From Marsupella aquatica (lineage: Eukaryota > Plantae > Marchantiophyta): a stretch of DNA of 64,000 nucleotides. Positions 1 through 13,660 of this stretch are shown here, one piece after another (positions within the stretch are counted from its first letter, which is position 1; the number at the start of each line of letters is the position of its first letter). Location: positions 15,630,816 to 15,694,815 of the forward strand of contig OZ316895.1 in the NCBI GenBank assembly GCA_973895155.1, written 5' to 3'. Made by a program: the position numbers and the translations under genes. The notes beneath the pieces are model-generated. The model worked only from the letters and a program-made list of their open reading frames with translations, was not told the origin of the DNA and searched no databases.

Positions 1-417
1 ATTCTGGCCTACTGAAGCTAGAAGTATTAATGAACTCTCTGAAATTAAGAGAGCTCATCGAAACTAGATTATGATGTGCCTTTCTAATTTATGACTACGG
101 TGCAGCTACAAGAGTTGCCTTGAATCGTAGATTTCATGATGCCAATATAACTTGGCTCCGGAATCAGGATGTCAGATGGTAAGCTGAGGGATATAGGTGC
201 TAACCTGTTTTTCCATTCTGGACCAGGTGCAACCAGTTTCTTTCAGGGAGCAGGTTGAATTCCTTGACTGGTTGAAGGACCGGGGTCAGGAAGATGCTTA
301 TCAGTCAACAACGGTGGGCATATCCGCGCATGGCAGGTGACAAACTCGAGTTGATTGCCACAGCATGCACTGCCAGCTTGACGTTTTCTTTGGTGTGGAG
401 ACTTTTCAAACGTGATG

Positions 418-578
418 AAACGTATTCGTCTTCGTCAATCAATCCACACCGAGTATCTGTCTCTCTAAACAAACGTATTCGCCTTCTTCAACCAGTCCAC
501 ACCGAGTATCTGTCTCTTAACACACATATTCGTCTGCTTCAATCAATCCACACCGAGTATCTGACTCTTAACAAACAT
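418..578. repeat. Three imperfect tandem copies of a ~52-bp unit in an intron
   Basis: Unit AAACGTATTCGTCTTC..CAATCAATCCACACCGAGTATCTGTCTCT recurs at ~418, ~471 and ~524. Confidence 0.85.
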
Positions 579-628
579 AAATCAATTCTACGCGAACGAA
601 GTCTCACGCTATTGCTGCATTATTTCAG

Positions 629-3600
629 GGCGTTGTTTGCAACAAGGCCAATCCAAAGTGGAGAGCGAGTTCTCCGAGTTTCACATGATTTGGTATGCAC
701 TTTTGAGTAATCATTCCAGGAAAGTACTTTATAATTGTTTACTCACAAAATGCATTTGCGATCTCGCATTACATCCGCGGGAGAGATGTATGTGTGCATG
801 CAAAGAGGAGCTAACAGTTTAAGGTTTGTCATATCTCGACTGTGAGGAAACGTCAAAAAATGGATATTAATGTGGTATTGTTCCAGAATTTCGAACCCTT
901 GTAGGGCGAAGAGCAAGTACCCATGGAGTCTTGCCTACTACAAGCCTAAGTGATCTGACTTCCATCTACTTGGTCCTTGAATTGCAATTCAGTTAATTAC
1001 ACCAGACAAGCTGCCGAAGGAAGTAATCGATTTTCTGCCCAAAGATGTCAGTGAATGGGCTCGTTTGGCGCTCTTTCTGATTGCAGAGCAGCACAAGGGT
1101 CAGGTAGGACACTCTGTCGTGTAATTGTATTGTCTTACATTCTTTTGGAAATATTTCGAAGCGTTTTCTTCATGGACAGGATGTGGAACTTCTGATAGAG
1201 GTAGTAGCGCCTATAGTTATCCAGGCCAGGTAGTTGCACGTTGATTCAATAGCTGCTGACAATGAGCATGTCAAATGAGTCTCTCGGATCTCCACCTCAC
1301 CAGCACTACGCGCGGACGAGGGGGATATTTATGAACGTTTGCAGGGAGGATGTTTACGTATATTAAATTTCAAACATTTAGTGGAAGCAATTCGAAAGTT
1401 TCAGAAAACGCTGGTGAAATCTCACGAATTTATTGAGACTTCGGTGTTATGAAATTGTTTTGGTGCAGAGGTCAACTTGGGCTCCGTACATCAGCTGTCT
1501 GCCATCACCAGGAGCAATCCATAGTACGGTGTGTAGAAAACATTTATGGCCTTAGTTTCTGAATGTTTTAACTTCAGACCTAAGATTAACGAAACTAAAT
1601 TGCTTCGAGTGAAGTGTCCAAGTCAATCGTTTAGAGCTGAATTAAGCAACCTAGTTTAGAGTTGTTTTGTGCGGAGCGAAGTCAAGATAGGACGCCACGA
1701 TGTTATTGAAGTCTCCTTATCAGAACAAGTGGCACTATTCTGCAGTCATTTGGATCAAACTTCGTAATGCTGTTGCCTTGAATGAGAACACCTTCGAATT
1801 CATAAAATGTCAAACCTAGAAAAAGTGACCATGATCCAACTATTTGTACATATGGGATTTTTTGGGGGCTCGATGGAAGCTGTACTAAGAGATTTGCCTT
1901 TCATAATCTATAGGTGTTCTGGAAGAAAGAAGAGCTAGAATTGGTACGACATAGTTCATTACACAGAGAGACTGCACAACGGAGAGCTATTATTACAGCA
2001 GAATTCGATGCTGTGGAACCGGTAAGATTTCAACCTGGTTTATCTGGGTCAGTCTCAGTTTATGCTCACTTTGACTGTGATTGCAGTCTGACTTATTCCT
2101 ATTTGTACTTCTCAGACATTACAGGCGCTCCCCAACATTTTTGGAGAACGTGTGGCGCTTGAAAATTTCAGGCATGCCTATGCAACAGGTAGACATTTTC
2201 TCACAGAGCTGGACTTGTAGATTTCATTTCACCTGTGTATGTACATTCTTGTGGTCTAATAAAAGAATTTTGCATGTTGAACTGGAACCCTCTGAAAGGA
2301 TCCCATCGTCCACTTTGTTTCATGAGAATGATGAGGTCTCTCTAGTACTCCTCCCAAGCTGATCTAGCTCGTGTAGCAGAACATGCTGATGAATGCAATC
2401 CTTCCAACTTGCAGTGTGTTCTCGAGCATGGGGCATTGAAGCCCTCCAAACCCTTGCTCTGGTTAGTGGTACTCATTCATCCCTTGTAAACTTGTTAGTT
2501 GATGGCTTTTCGAACCGCCACGTCGCTGCTTAACTGGAGTCACGATTTGGGACGTCTTAGCAATAAGGTCATGGAAGAGACTACTTTTACACTTGCGTTA
2601 GCCTAGTGGCATGGGGTTATTGATATGAGAATCTGGTCCTGTAATCTTCATCTTAAGGTTGTTTTAACAGGTGCCCTTCGTGGACTTCTTTAATCATGAC
2701 TCGTGTTGTCAAGCTTTGCTTTCGTATGACGAAGACCAGGGATACGCCGAGGTGGGTACCGTTAGTGAATCTTGCTGTCCTAGATTTATGTAAGTCATTT
2801 GTACTTTTTCGCTTTTATCGCGGAATGGGACCTTTTAGGCTATTCTGATTGTTTGTGAATGGTTTTGTGGCTAAATCAGGTTGTTGCGGATCGTGAGTAC
2901 GCACCAGGGTCGCAGGTCCTTTCAATTACCTTTTGAAGGATCCTTCTCGATCCATGTTGTTCAGAAATTTCGCTGCTCGTACGCTTAACATGCTGCTGCT
3001 TTTAGACCGTTTGAAAACCCAATGACCGCTTAGAAATAAGCAAAACAGTTTGCAAGTACATGCCAATTGCAAGCAACCGGAAACCTTCGGACAGTATTAA
3101 GTGGCGTTTGATTGGGATGCGAATGCAGGTTGTTCTCAGTTATGGTCGCCTACCGAACAGCATTTTAGCGCTCGATTTTGGATTTACTCTTGCTGACAAT
3201 CCATATGACCAGGTTTGTTCCTACACATTCTGTGCCAAGACAGTCCTAAAGTTCCTAGTTTTTAGTCCACGCACAGTGCCATAGAGAGATGCTACAGTAG
3301 TAAACCTGTCACAGACTACCGGCACGTGCGTACACGTTGAGAATGTTATAACCAGCAGCTCAGAAGAACCCAATGCTCCTTTTGTCACTAGAAGCCCAGA
3401 GTACCCTCGTCATCTAAACAATACCGTTATAGCTAGCAAGCGACCGGAGTTAATACGTCATTCAAGGACTTTCCGATTGCTTCAATGATTGGTGGCTAAG
3501 AATGACGCTCTTCAACTTCTGCGTTGGACTGAACTGTTTTTGTCAGGTGGAGATATGGATGGGAATTTCTCGCCGTGATGAATTGCGGAAGGCAAAGTTG

Positions 3601-4829
3601 CAGCTCCTGCATTCTCATGATATGCCTACATATCTCCATGAGGATGGCTCTGATAGTGGTGGCTCTGGGTTTAATATCCGGTAAACAGCTTTCTAAATCC
3701 GCTACATTTCGCATTCTTGAACACACTTTTGTATAACTTTCATGGGCAGCGTGTTGAGACAGCTCACTTTTATGTCCACGTTTAATTTCATTGGGACGAA
3801 AGCTGCGTAGTAAGTACTTTCATAGCGATCTGAACAGTGCTTCACCGGTTGTAGGGAAGTCAGGTCTCCAATGGGACGCGGTAAGGGGATACCACATTCA
3901 TTGCGGGCGTTTGCGCGGGTCATTTGTGCTGCTTCCTCTCAAGGTTAGTCGACACTCCCTTAACTAATCGGGGTCTACAAATTATTTGCACCACGGGCCG
4001 TCTGTTGGCTGAACGGTGGTCCATTTCACACTTGCTAACATGCTGATATCACCAACGGAAGATAAAAACCTAGCCACTGTTATGTTATGGCCGGCATTCG
4101 ACTTACAATTTATTCCCGAGCTGCCGCATTTAGCGTGGTGACTGATGACCTACACGAGGGGCCTGGAGTGAGTGAATAATTATCATGTGGTAGTCTTCTT
4201 GTCTCCTATATCCAAAAACTGCATGCATTGTGCATGCTTAGTTTTCAATTGACTTCTTCATGATTTTACAGAAATACTGGATATGTCATCTGAGGCAGCT
4301 GAGCATGATGGTCGTCTCTGTCGACGACCTTTGAAGAATAGAAACAGAGAAGTTCAAGCCATGAGGCTACTACTGGCTCGCCTTGAGACTATGATGCAGC
4401 AGCGACATGCTTCGCTGTTGGTGAGATTTATTCCTAACTATCATCTTTCAGGAGCCGTCTGATCTTGTCAAATGTTCAAATGTTGTGATGCCAGTGTGGC
4501 CTTCACATTATCCAGATCCCTAATGTTTCTTACAACGCCCACTTTGATTTAGAAGTCGTCTAGAAGGCTCAAGAAGATGTGGATTATGTCCCCCCAAAAG
4601 GCTTTGTAGGTTTGAATTTGCCACTGGTTTATCGTGGCCATTGTAATAACGACTGATAATATTATAATTGCAGGCAATGCGCTTGGTGGAGTCATGCAGA
4701 GTGAAAGGAAATCCAATGTCCGTGCATGCCCATATGGCTGGTGCAGTGATTAGTGGTGAAATGCGGGTGTTGAGATCTGCCATTGCATGGCTGACAAATC
4801 ATTGTAGCCCTTCAACCGTCCTGACTTGA
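629..4829 (+). CDS. Rubisco LSMT-like (class VII) SET-domain protein lysine methyltransferase, 5'-partial; exons 629-692, 993-1103, 1469-1528, 1914-2021, 2116-2188, 2415-2461, 2671-2751, 2880-2915, 3129-3212, 3547-3680, 3855-3943, 4272-4420, 4674-4829
   Basis: GT-AG bounded exons splice in frame: RALFATRPIQSGE.., STWAPYISCLP, VCSRAW, LALVPFVDFFNHD (SET NH motif), YGRLPNSILALDFGF, GKGIPHSLRAFARVIC (substrate-binding domain); stop TGA 4827-4829. Confidence 0.9.
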
Positions 4830-5623
4830 CAAGCCTTTACAAATTCCAGTAGCTCCGATTCATGACTTCCCCAACTCCATCCGTTTGTTGGAGTAGCGAA
4901 AGACTTGTTCTACGAACATAATTTATATGTTCATGCTTCAACATCGCTTCAATAGGAGGCAAACTTCTTGAAGAATTCATTGTTTCCAGGGGAGGGTGTT
5001 ACCATTACTTTCCAAGAGAGAGGACATTATGTCCGGCTGGTTCACCACATTGGTGAAGATTATGTCAGTGTTTTGACAGCCAGGTGCAGCAGTCCAGAAG
5101 GGGGCAATACAGGTGAAATCTGTGATCTCCTGGTTTATGGTTAGTCTCTAGCTCCATAGCCAATTTTAACATCAAATTGATATGCTATTTTATCATCGGT
5201 GGGTGGGCTTTGTACAATGAAAGATTTTTTCTCATTTCCACAGGAAGAAAAGTTCGTTTGTGAGTACAAACTCCTACATTCTCGTGACAGCTTTGTTCAC
5301 ATAAGCGTCCATTTGTTTGATGTAATCGCTTCCTTCTCCACTAAATCTAGCTATCTTATTTTTGTCATCAACCAGGTTTGATAATGCTCCAGCTTTTGCA
5401 TTGAAGGCATAGATAATTTGTTCATGAGCATATTTGAAATCAAAAAAGCCTAGACAATTTTGAATGCGTTGTGTTCAGGGGTGAAACTTCTCACATTCAT
5501 AGTGGGATTATGCAAACTTCACACATGACTAAGGCGTTTGAGGGATTCTGGTTAGGACAGAACATCGAAGAGATCTTGAAGCTAGTTTGTTACTCTATTT
5601 GTTGTAGCTACTTGTTAGTTAGC

Positions 5624-6077
5624 AAGCAGGGAAACAAAATCGATTTTCTCCAACCCCAGGGGCAGTACTATAGTAGTAATTTCATGGCTTTATTGAGCGA
5701 TGCTTCAGTTTGGAAAACTTCTTCCACAGCATGGCTGGCAACAGTACGCGTGTATGCATTAATGAAATTACGCTAGTCCTGAGCAGTGACTACAGGAGCA
5801 TAGAGAACATTCATCTCGAGTGCTCTGTGGGTCACTTGATTGACTTTGCTACTTATGAAAGCAGGGAAACAAAACCGATTCTCTCCAACCCGAGGGCAGT
5901 ACTACAGTAGTATTTTCACGGCTTCATTGAGCGATGCTTCAGTTTGAAGGACTTCTTCCAGAGCATGGCTGACTACAGTACGTTTGTACGCATCAATGAA
6001 GGTACGCTAGTCCATAGCTGTGACCACAGCAGCATCGAGAACTTTCAAGTGCTCGATGGATCACTTGATTAACTTCC
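5624..6077. repeat. Diverged tandem duplication of ~235 bp just 3' of the germin gene
   Basis: AGCAGGGAAACAAAA.CGATT.TCTCCAACC..GGGCAGTACTA...GCGATGCTTCAGTTTG...TCACTTGATT occurs at ~5624-5850 and ~5860-6077. Confidence 0.85.
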
Positions 6078-6085
6078 TAGCTTTC

Positions 6086-7277
6086 TCAACCAGTATGAGT
6101 ATCTCCGAGAGACTTCTTGATGGAGTCGATGGATGGGGCGTTGGAGCCGAGGGCCGCCTCGAGAACATTGTCCGGGAGGCCGGTGCCACTTGAGGTGAAG
6201 AGGGCAGACACTACTTGGAGGATGCCTGGGTTCTCACTGGACAAGACTGAGTAGCCTGACGCCGGGTAATCCAGGTTGTTTCGCTGGAAGTGCAACAGAC
6301 CCTTGGGGAACACGAACAAGTCGCCTGTTTGGAGGGTTGTTTTGAACAGAGTGTTGTTGGTGTCAACAAATCCCACGTCCACACAGCCTGCACATGAAAC
6401 AAATTGGACATGAGTGGTAAACTGATTCATGCATCAGTTGACATCTCGAGCTAAAATCTAGGGGAGCCAGGAGCTCTTTCTCTCAGTTATCACGAAAAGT
6501 TAGAACCCGCCAATGACAAGGACCTCAGCAATTAGTCAAAATCCCTGATGAGAATTGATGGATCGGGGCAAAATCCAAAACCTGACACACGGGGCTTCGA
6601 GCTTCAAATTCACGGGACGTTAAGTCTCCAAGTCAGCAAATTGAGCTACGCAGGGTCAACACGTTTTAACTATTGCCATACCAAGACTCTGCCAATGATT
6701 CACTGGAGCCTGAGCTCTATGAACTAGTACCGCAGCACATCGTCAGAGACCAGGAGCTTCAAGAACAAACTAATGTAATCCAACTTCGATGTGCTATTCT
6801 CTTGAGATGGGTTTGGACTGTTTTCTATGTGATTCAATGACTTGACAACTGCTTCAACCTTGTCTCCTCGCCTGAAACATAATGATACAACTGAAGACGC
6901 TGTAATAATAAATACAAAGTAATACAGCACCTTCTGTGAGGTACAACCCAAGTACCTGTGAGCACGTAGAAAATTTCTGTAGCACGAGGATGAGTATGGG
7001 GGTTAATCTGCGAGTATGACCCGAACTCGAACAGCACTGCCGTAAGGCCAAGCCCAGTGAGACCGGGAAGTCCCATGTTGAAGGAGGCAAATAGTGGTAC
7101 AGCCGATCCGTGACCTGGTACTGTTGGCTTGCGAAATCCAGTGAAGGTGAAATTGGCTGCAACCGGGTTGTTGACGTCGAAATCGGTGGTCAGGTCCGGG
7201 TCACTGGCAACCACCATCTGGGAAACTGTTACCAGTAATCCCAGGAGCAACAGTAGCAAAGCTCCTGACTTCTCCAT
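6086..7277 (-). CDS. Germin-like protein (cupin), 207 aa, exons 7277-6956 and 6387-6086
   Basis: Signal peptide; germin box 1 INPHTHPRATEI and box 2 LFVFPKGLLHFQRN; GT-AG phase-1 intron joins VLTG|CVDVGFVDT in frame (624 nt total). Confidence 0.93.
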
Positions 7278-8264
7278 GGTCGCCCTTGCTGGCTGCTCAA
7301 TCCTCGTGCAGTGATCAAGAATGACAACAACTGGATCCTATTCTTTCCTCAGTAAGAAGGATGTGTCAATCCCGAAGTCGAAAATGATATATCAACTAGT
7401 GGAGAAGCAGATTTATGTTAAAACTCGCAGATGATAAAGTAATTTACAATTGTGAGCTCGTACGCTGGACTTGGACGACTTTCCATAGTAAATGTTACAC
7501 AGTCACTCGAGACTTCTGCTGCCACTTCATGACCAGGATTGACTCCGGAAACCGAGCTTGCTGGGGTCTGGACCGCTATTTAGTCAGTCTAGGCAGCAAA
7601 GAGGTATGCAACTGAGCTGCTGGACCCACTTTGGGATAAGAGTGATCGGGTGCATGCCCCGTTGAGTGGAGAAGGTTCAAACGGGTCTGGTCTCTTTCAA
7701 CTGGCAGACTTAGAATTAGTTTCGACACTAGATGTGGACCATAGCTCATCACACTAGTGAGCAGATGAGGACCATTAGTTCATCTCACTATAGCAGTGAT
7801 ATTTCCCCTCTTCCCAGCTTGTTCGGGTTAATTTTTGCACATTTATTTCCAGTTTGGTGTTTGTCGGCTGTGGACTTCTTTTTTGTGTTTTGCATTGTCC
7901 TTTGTTTGAATGGCCATGTTTGTAAATAAACTGACTGATTTCATACAGCAGGACTGGCGTGCGGGCAGACGCAAGCATGCCAAAGTCAAATGGGGAGTCT
8001 GCTGCGATGTTCACGTCACTCTTGTCACAGAATACCCCGATCGATGGATGAAGCATCAAGCATCAATTCTATAAAAAATGACGTCCACATCCGTGGGCGG
8101 AGTGGGATATGCTACTCTATGACCAGGATTACAACCTTAGTTGTTTTTCCGGATTATGGGGCCCGATCTTATTAGTTGTTTTCCCGGAATGTGGGGCCGA
8201 GTGCTTTGCTGTGGGTCTCTGGTCCACTCTCGGGTACGAGATTGGGTATCTGAGCGTGCTGTGT

Positions 8265-8400
8265 TTTGGTGAGGTGGAAACAAATTGAGGCTAGATTGAA
8301 GTTTCCATCCGGTCATTGTAGCATATAAACAATAAATTGTTTTTGGTGAAGTGTAAAAATTGAGGCTAGATTGAAAGTTTCCATCAGGTCATTATAGCAT
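8265..8400. repeat. Tandem duplication of ~75 bp
   Basis: TTTTGGTGA.GTG.AAA..AATTGAGGCTAGATTGAAGTTTCCATC.GGTCATT.TAGCAT twice. Confidence 0.75.
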
Positions 8401-8971
8401 GCGAGTAAAGCATGCGCGAGTGAACAGCAAAAAAAGTCCGTATCCAACTGCCTCGCTAACAACAACCTGGTTGGTAACATCCACTTTTAGGGACTACTCT
8501 TTTGGCTAGCAAACTCCATAGTCATCTAGAATCTAAAAAAAGCTAAAAATACAGAAGGCAGCCAAAATCAAACAAAATTTAAAACCACTAGTGACTAGGT
8601 AATAACACTCTCCTCCCTATCACAATTCTTGTCTGCTCGCATTATAAAATACCTCATTTGGATCAGTGAATGATACACACTAGTTTGTCAGACTTGTTGC
8701 TTTGCTAGACATCTCCATTGGTAGCCAGCTATCTGCCAGAGATGGGGACAATGTTTTTGGTTTTTGGTACACTTAGTACTGGGCCCTTTAATTTGCCTTT
8801 GGGATCATGTCTCCCGGTTTGGCCGTGTTATATAAACTTAATATATATATATCACACTGCAAGAAAACAAGACGTGTCCCAACCTACACTAGAGCCATGA
8901 GGTACATACTAAAATTTGAAAGTATTACTGATTGGCAAACTGAAAAGCCTAGTAAAGCTCTAGGGTCACAT

Positions 8972-9081
8972 AGACTAAGTAGACCAGAAGCCCTAGATCC
9001 AAATGCCTCAGCCTTACGAGGGTCCTGAAGACTAAGGAGACCAGAAGCACTATATCAAACTGCCTCACCCATAGGAGGGTC
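8972..9081. repeat. Tandem duplication of ~58 bp
   Basis: GACTAAG.AGACCAGAAGC.CTA.ATC.AA.TGCCTCA.CC.TA.GAGGGTC twice. Confidence 0.7.
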
Positions 9082-10593
9082 ATCAAATCACACCTGCCCA
9101 TGTAAGAGGGCCCCCTTCTTTGCTCGGCTACTGTTCATTCCTGCCAGCAGTGAATAGTGGAGCTGACTAAGAAAAGTAGAGCTCACCTTATTAAAAGGTA
9201 GATCTCACCCCAACACTCTTGCCCATCCCTCTATTCATAGTTGAATAATGAACAGGCACTGGCGCGGATAATGAGTCCCAAAAGTCCAGAATCGCAATAA
9301 TTAATGGGCATCCCTGCCTCAATTTAGGGACGGTCACAATTAAGCAAGGGACACGGGGGTGTGGGGGTGGGGGACGGGGGCGGGCGTTGTTTGGCTCTGA
9401 TCCAATGGCTGAAATTGGACGCAACTGGGTCGTTGATCCTGCAGCAATATAATGGCTGCGAGGCCTTGTGGGTGGGCAAGTCGGGCTGGTCCTGTGAAAA
9501 CATTGCTTGCAGGGGCTGGTGAGGTGCTTCCAGAAACATTAATGCACTAAAGGGGGAAATTTTGACCCATTATTTTTGTAGCATGACACGCACAAAGAAC
9601 CGTCACTAAAGCCAAGAAATGCAAGAGGAGTACTGGTGTGACACCTACCTCCCATTTTTGCTGAAGAACGTCCCCGCTCAACAGTCAAATTCAAAATCCT
9701 GTTGCCGGCAAAATTTTTATTTATATATAAACAAAGGGGCAGGCTTTATAGCACGGTAGGGGGAAAATTAAAAACTATCAAAACCAGAGAAAACAAAGAT
9801 CACCCACAACAAGTGACACCACCTGACCAACCCTAAAATTTAATCCAGCCAATGCATCCTAATGAGCCAAAGATTAATGTTGTGAATCAGATTTTGAGTC
9901 CTTAACTGAGTATCAGTAGACCTTTGACTCTTGGTATCTCTAATGTTGCAATAACTGCACTCCAGTTTGATCTATTGCAGAACCTGTCACATGCGCGGTT
10001 GCCTTTGGCCACCACAAATGTTGACCGATTTTATTTCTTCATATCTTCACCACCACAACACAGATCTTTGGCTTGAAATGTTTAGGTTCTAAGCTCTCAC
10101 TGAAACTCACTTTTCAGTTGCCTCGATGCTTACTGCAGCCGCAATGTTGAGAAAATGTCCGCTACCCTTCCTAAGTATGCTCCCATAGCTGCTGCAAATG
10201 CAACAAAACTTCAAATCCTCAGTTTGAGGTTGTTGCTTGCTTGTTTTCAGCGTTCCCACCAAAATGACAATTAAGCTCTCTTCCACCAATAGCCCAGTGC
10301 AACACAGGTCTACGCTGCTGCTGTACCTTTCGTTGCTTCAGGAAATGCTTGATTCAAGAACACTCAAAATAGATCCTTAGTGTGTAATCAAGAAACCAAC
10401 AAAACTTTGATTCCTTAGAGTTTAGACCTCTGTTAAAAGAAAATAGAGAGACCATCCTGAGAGGATTGATGGAACTCTTCCTCCTGAACGTTCCTCCTTG
10501 TACCTTGACACAGCAAGACCTCCAGGAGACTCACTCTTGTTGGTGAGCACCTTGCTGAAAAGCAGTGTCACAAAACCGTCATCTCCCAAGTTT

Positions 10594-10945
10594 GCTTTGA
10601 TACCAATTGTTGAGACTACCAGCACAACATATGTGAAAAACCAACAAACAAGATCACATTGACACCATGAATACATGGTTCACCTTTGTCAAGGTTATGT
10701 CCACAAAAATACATAAGCAAATGTTACTAACTTTGGACACCATAGCCACATCAAGCCTCAAAGTGCAAGCTCCAAGATTGCTAGCTTAGCTCCTAGCTTG
10801 CTCTCACACAAAATGAGCATGAGTCTCACCAAAGAGCTTTTCCTTGCTCCTCTATATGCTAGACATTGTAGTTGCATCTAACTTAAGTCATTAAGGCCAA
10901 TTAGACTAAGAGAAATTAACGCAAGTCTAGGCCTTAATTCTAACA
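10594..10945 (-). mobile_element. Old Copia-type 5' LTR (10608-10945) with tRNA-iMet primer-binding site; internal part degraded
   Basis: Minus strand TGTTAG...CAACA, then AT and TGGTATCAAAGC (PBS, 10594-10605). Contains a degenerate form of the TACGTGGTTCACC..GGCTACGTCCAC motif seen in the other LTRs. No partner LTR found. Confidence 0.7.
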
Positions 10946-13134
10946 AAAACAGATTTTTAGTTTTCACCAATTTTATTAAAAATATAGAAGAAGTTTCAAA
11001 TTCCCCAATTCAAATCCAGACTGAGTGTGCATTCTCCTCTAAAATGCACCTAAAATTGCAAAGAGAAGAATCATGAAGGGTATTAAGTAGTTGGACTGGA
11101 GGTAGATCTTCTAAGGTGGAGTACATTGCTTCACCTCAATTTCATTTTTGGCACCAATAGTGGTTCAAGGTCATGGGGGCCCTAAAATGACACCATAATG
11201 TATTTCTTGCACACTATTGTACAAAAGGGCAGTATTTAAACCATTTTGTTAAGCCTATTGTGATCACATGATTGTAGGTGTTTACAGTTTAGGTGGTCAC
11301 GGGCCAGCCTCATTTACCAAACTTATTGTATGAATGGCAGTCACTTTCAATGGGACGCTCAATTTTTAGGGGGACTACATTCAGTCAGACTGGTGAGGAG
11401 ACAGACGATATGGAAAGATTGTGGCAAAAGTGAAGCTTTGTCGGGGAGGGGCTTGTGTAACACTAACTGGGGATAATGGTGGCAAAAAGTAACAGTCAAG
11501 TGTCAAAATACTCTCATAGTGTTCAATGTAAAATTGGTACGAAACCATTTTTGAAGTTTCCTGTTTTCCATAATCTTCTGCCCAGGAAGTCATGATCATA
11601 AACATTATTGTGTATCATATTTACGGACCCCATGAGAGGTCCCTTCCAGAATTCCTGGCACCAGAGCGTGCCACATTAACAACAATCGCACCAAACAAGG
11701 CTCGTCGGTTGTGTGAATCAAATTTACAATTTTCATTCGTGTTTGCGTCAAATTGAGTGTAAATTTTGGGACGCCATGCCATAAAAAGAAATGTAAAAAT
11801 TTAGAAATGCAAAGAGCAAGACGGGTAAAACTGTCACCTTGTAACCGTTTTAGTTACGTCTCTAATTTTAAAAATTAAATTCAAAGATTTGAAAAGTATT
11901 TTTCATATAATACACAATGACTATATAGCATGCTCATCCTGGAACATGCTTGGAGTTTTTTGTCTTGTAGTGATTTGAAAGTAAATAAAATATGAAAACA
12001 TAACTGGAAAGATTGGTGCACAGTGACCAATGAAAAGTACAATCAAGGATGCTAGGATGTGTGCACTTAATTCAATGTCCTCATGAATGACACTCATTTC
12101 AATAAAAACCATAAACTTAGGAAAGATAGACATGAGGGGAACTTAAGACACAGTCATAATCATTTCTCTCATTCATGAGAATGTTCAAGTGGTGGGAGCC
12201 GTTCATTTCATCTCTAATAAATCACAAACCTTAAAATTTATAAGGGGGCTGCCAAAATAAGTTCAAAATACTTTAGATACTAAAAATTAGAGGGGTCCAT
12301 AAATTAATTAAAAATGTATATGATACACAGGCGCCCCTTGATAAGGCACATTGAAATAAAAATATGTGACATGAAAACTCTGAATAAGACAAAATCTGAA
12401 AGGTGGATTCACCATATAGCAGTTCCAACAATTTCTAATAACTAACTTGATAACTACCTTGTTAAAGGGTAACTAGCACATGGAGAAAAATTTCCAGCCT
12501 TTTGCAATTCAGGCAAACTGCCAGCTATGGTCGGAACTTGAACTCAATGAATTCAATACAATTCATTTGATCAGACATTGATCTGGTTTTGAATGGACTT
12601 GCCACAAATTGACTATTGACTCTCTTGAGAATTTGGTTGCATGTAGGGAAAAGGCCTGATTTTGACAACTGCTTGTGATAAATCATGTTGTCGACTTTGG
12701 CCTGCAAAGCAAAGTATTCATGTGGCAGTTGAAAAAATGTCAAACTGCTCAAGCCATTGCTGAATGGGTCCACAATGATTTTATGAGAAAATCTATCCTA
12801 CTTATTCAACTCAACATGACTACCAGCTTCCCTTCCTAATCATACTTCTCTCTTCTTAAAGCTAGCTTTGCCCTAGCTTCTCCATTTGGTGAATAGATGC
12901 GTCAAGGTCATGAGGCTATTAATCTCTAATTCAAAACTAACCAAAGTCAGACTTCAGTGAAATCTCCAGAATTTCCAATTATTTGAAAGTACATTGACAA
13001 ATTAATCTTCTACAAATTAACAGGGCTCAACTACTAGAAAGCTTAGGGTTTGTTGTTGAGAAAAGTAGTCTTCTCAATTGATCTTGAGAAAGTAGTTTTC
13101 TCAACTCAAAGTACCCATGATCAGCCTATTCATT

Positions 13135-13410
13135 AAAAGTGTATTATTATTTGATTTATGTACATTTGGGCAATGAAAAGTGTACTTTTGGGCTTGGAAA
13201 AGTGTACATTTGGCCAATGAAAAGTGTACATTTGGGGAGAAAAGTGTACAATTGGCCTAAAGAGTGTATATCTGGGCAATGAAAAGTGTAAATTTGAACA
13301 TCAAAATAGGTACATTTGGCTTTAAAAGTGTACATTTGAGTACATTTGGCCTAAAAAGTGTACATTTGAGTGAAAAATGCATACATTTGGCTTAAAAAGT
13401 GTACATTTGC
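13135..13410. repeat. Left subterminal repeats AAAAGTGTACATTTGG, ~12 copies at ~20-bp spacing
   Basis: Directly visible; near-palindromic core AAAGTGTACATTT. Confidence 0.9.
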
Positions 13411-13660
13411 CTACCAACTCTTCTTATAATCATTTAAAAGAAAGGAATGAATAGAAAAATATTTTTAATTATGTAGAAAAAGCAAACATTCATATTCATA
13501 ATGATCAAAAGTTTAGAAAATGAGGAGATAGTATCAAATTAAAACTATTAGAATAGTAAATAACTAGTACGTAAATTACTATGTTTGAATGAGTGACTAT
13601 CTTAGTTACATAAAAACTAGTAACTATCTATTTAATCATTATAGCTTCTAACAACTAAGT

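Noticed and set aside
294-710. 138-aa ORF as a standalone gene
   Set aside because: Mostly intronic tandem repeat; only 629-692 is a SET-gene exon.
11610-12328. Possible MITE with short inverted matches (GTGTATCATAT..TTTA.GGACCCC)
   Set aside because: The match is short and gapped and I could not identify a TSD.
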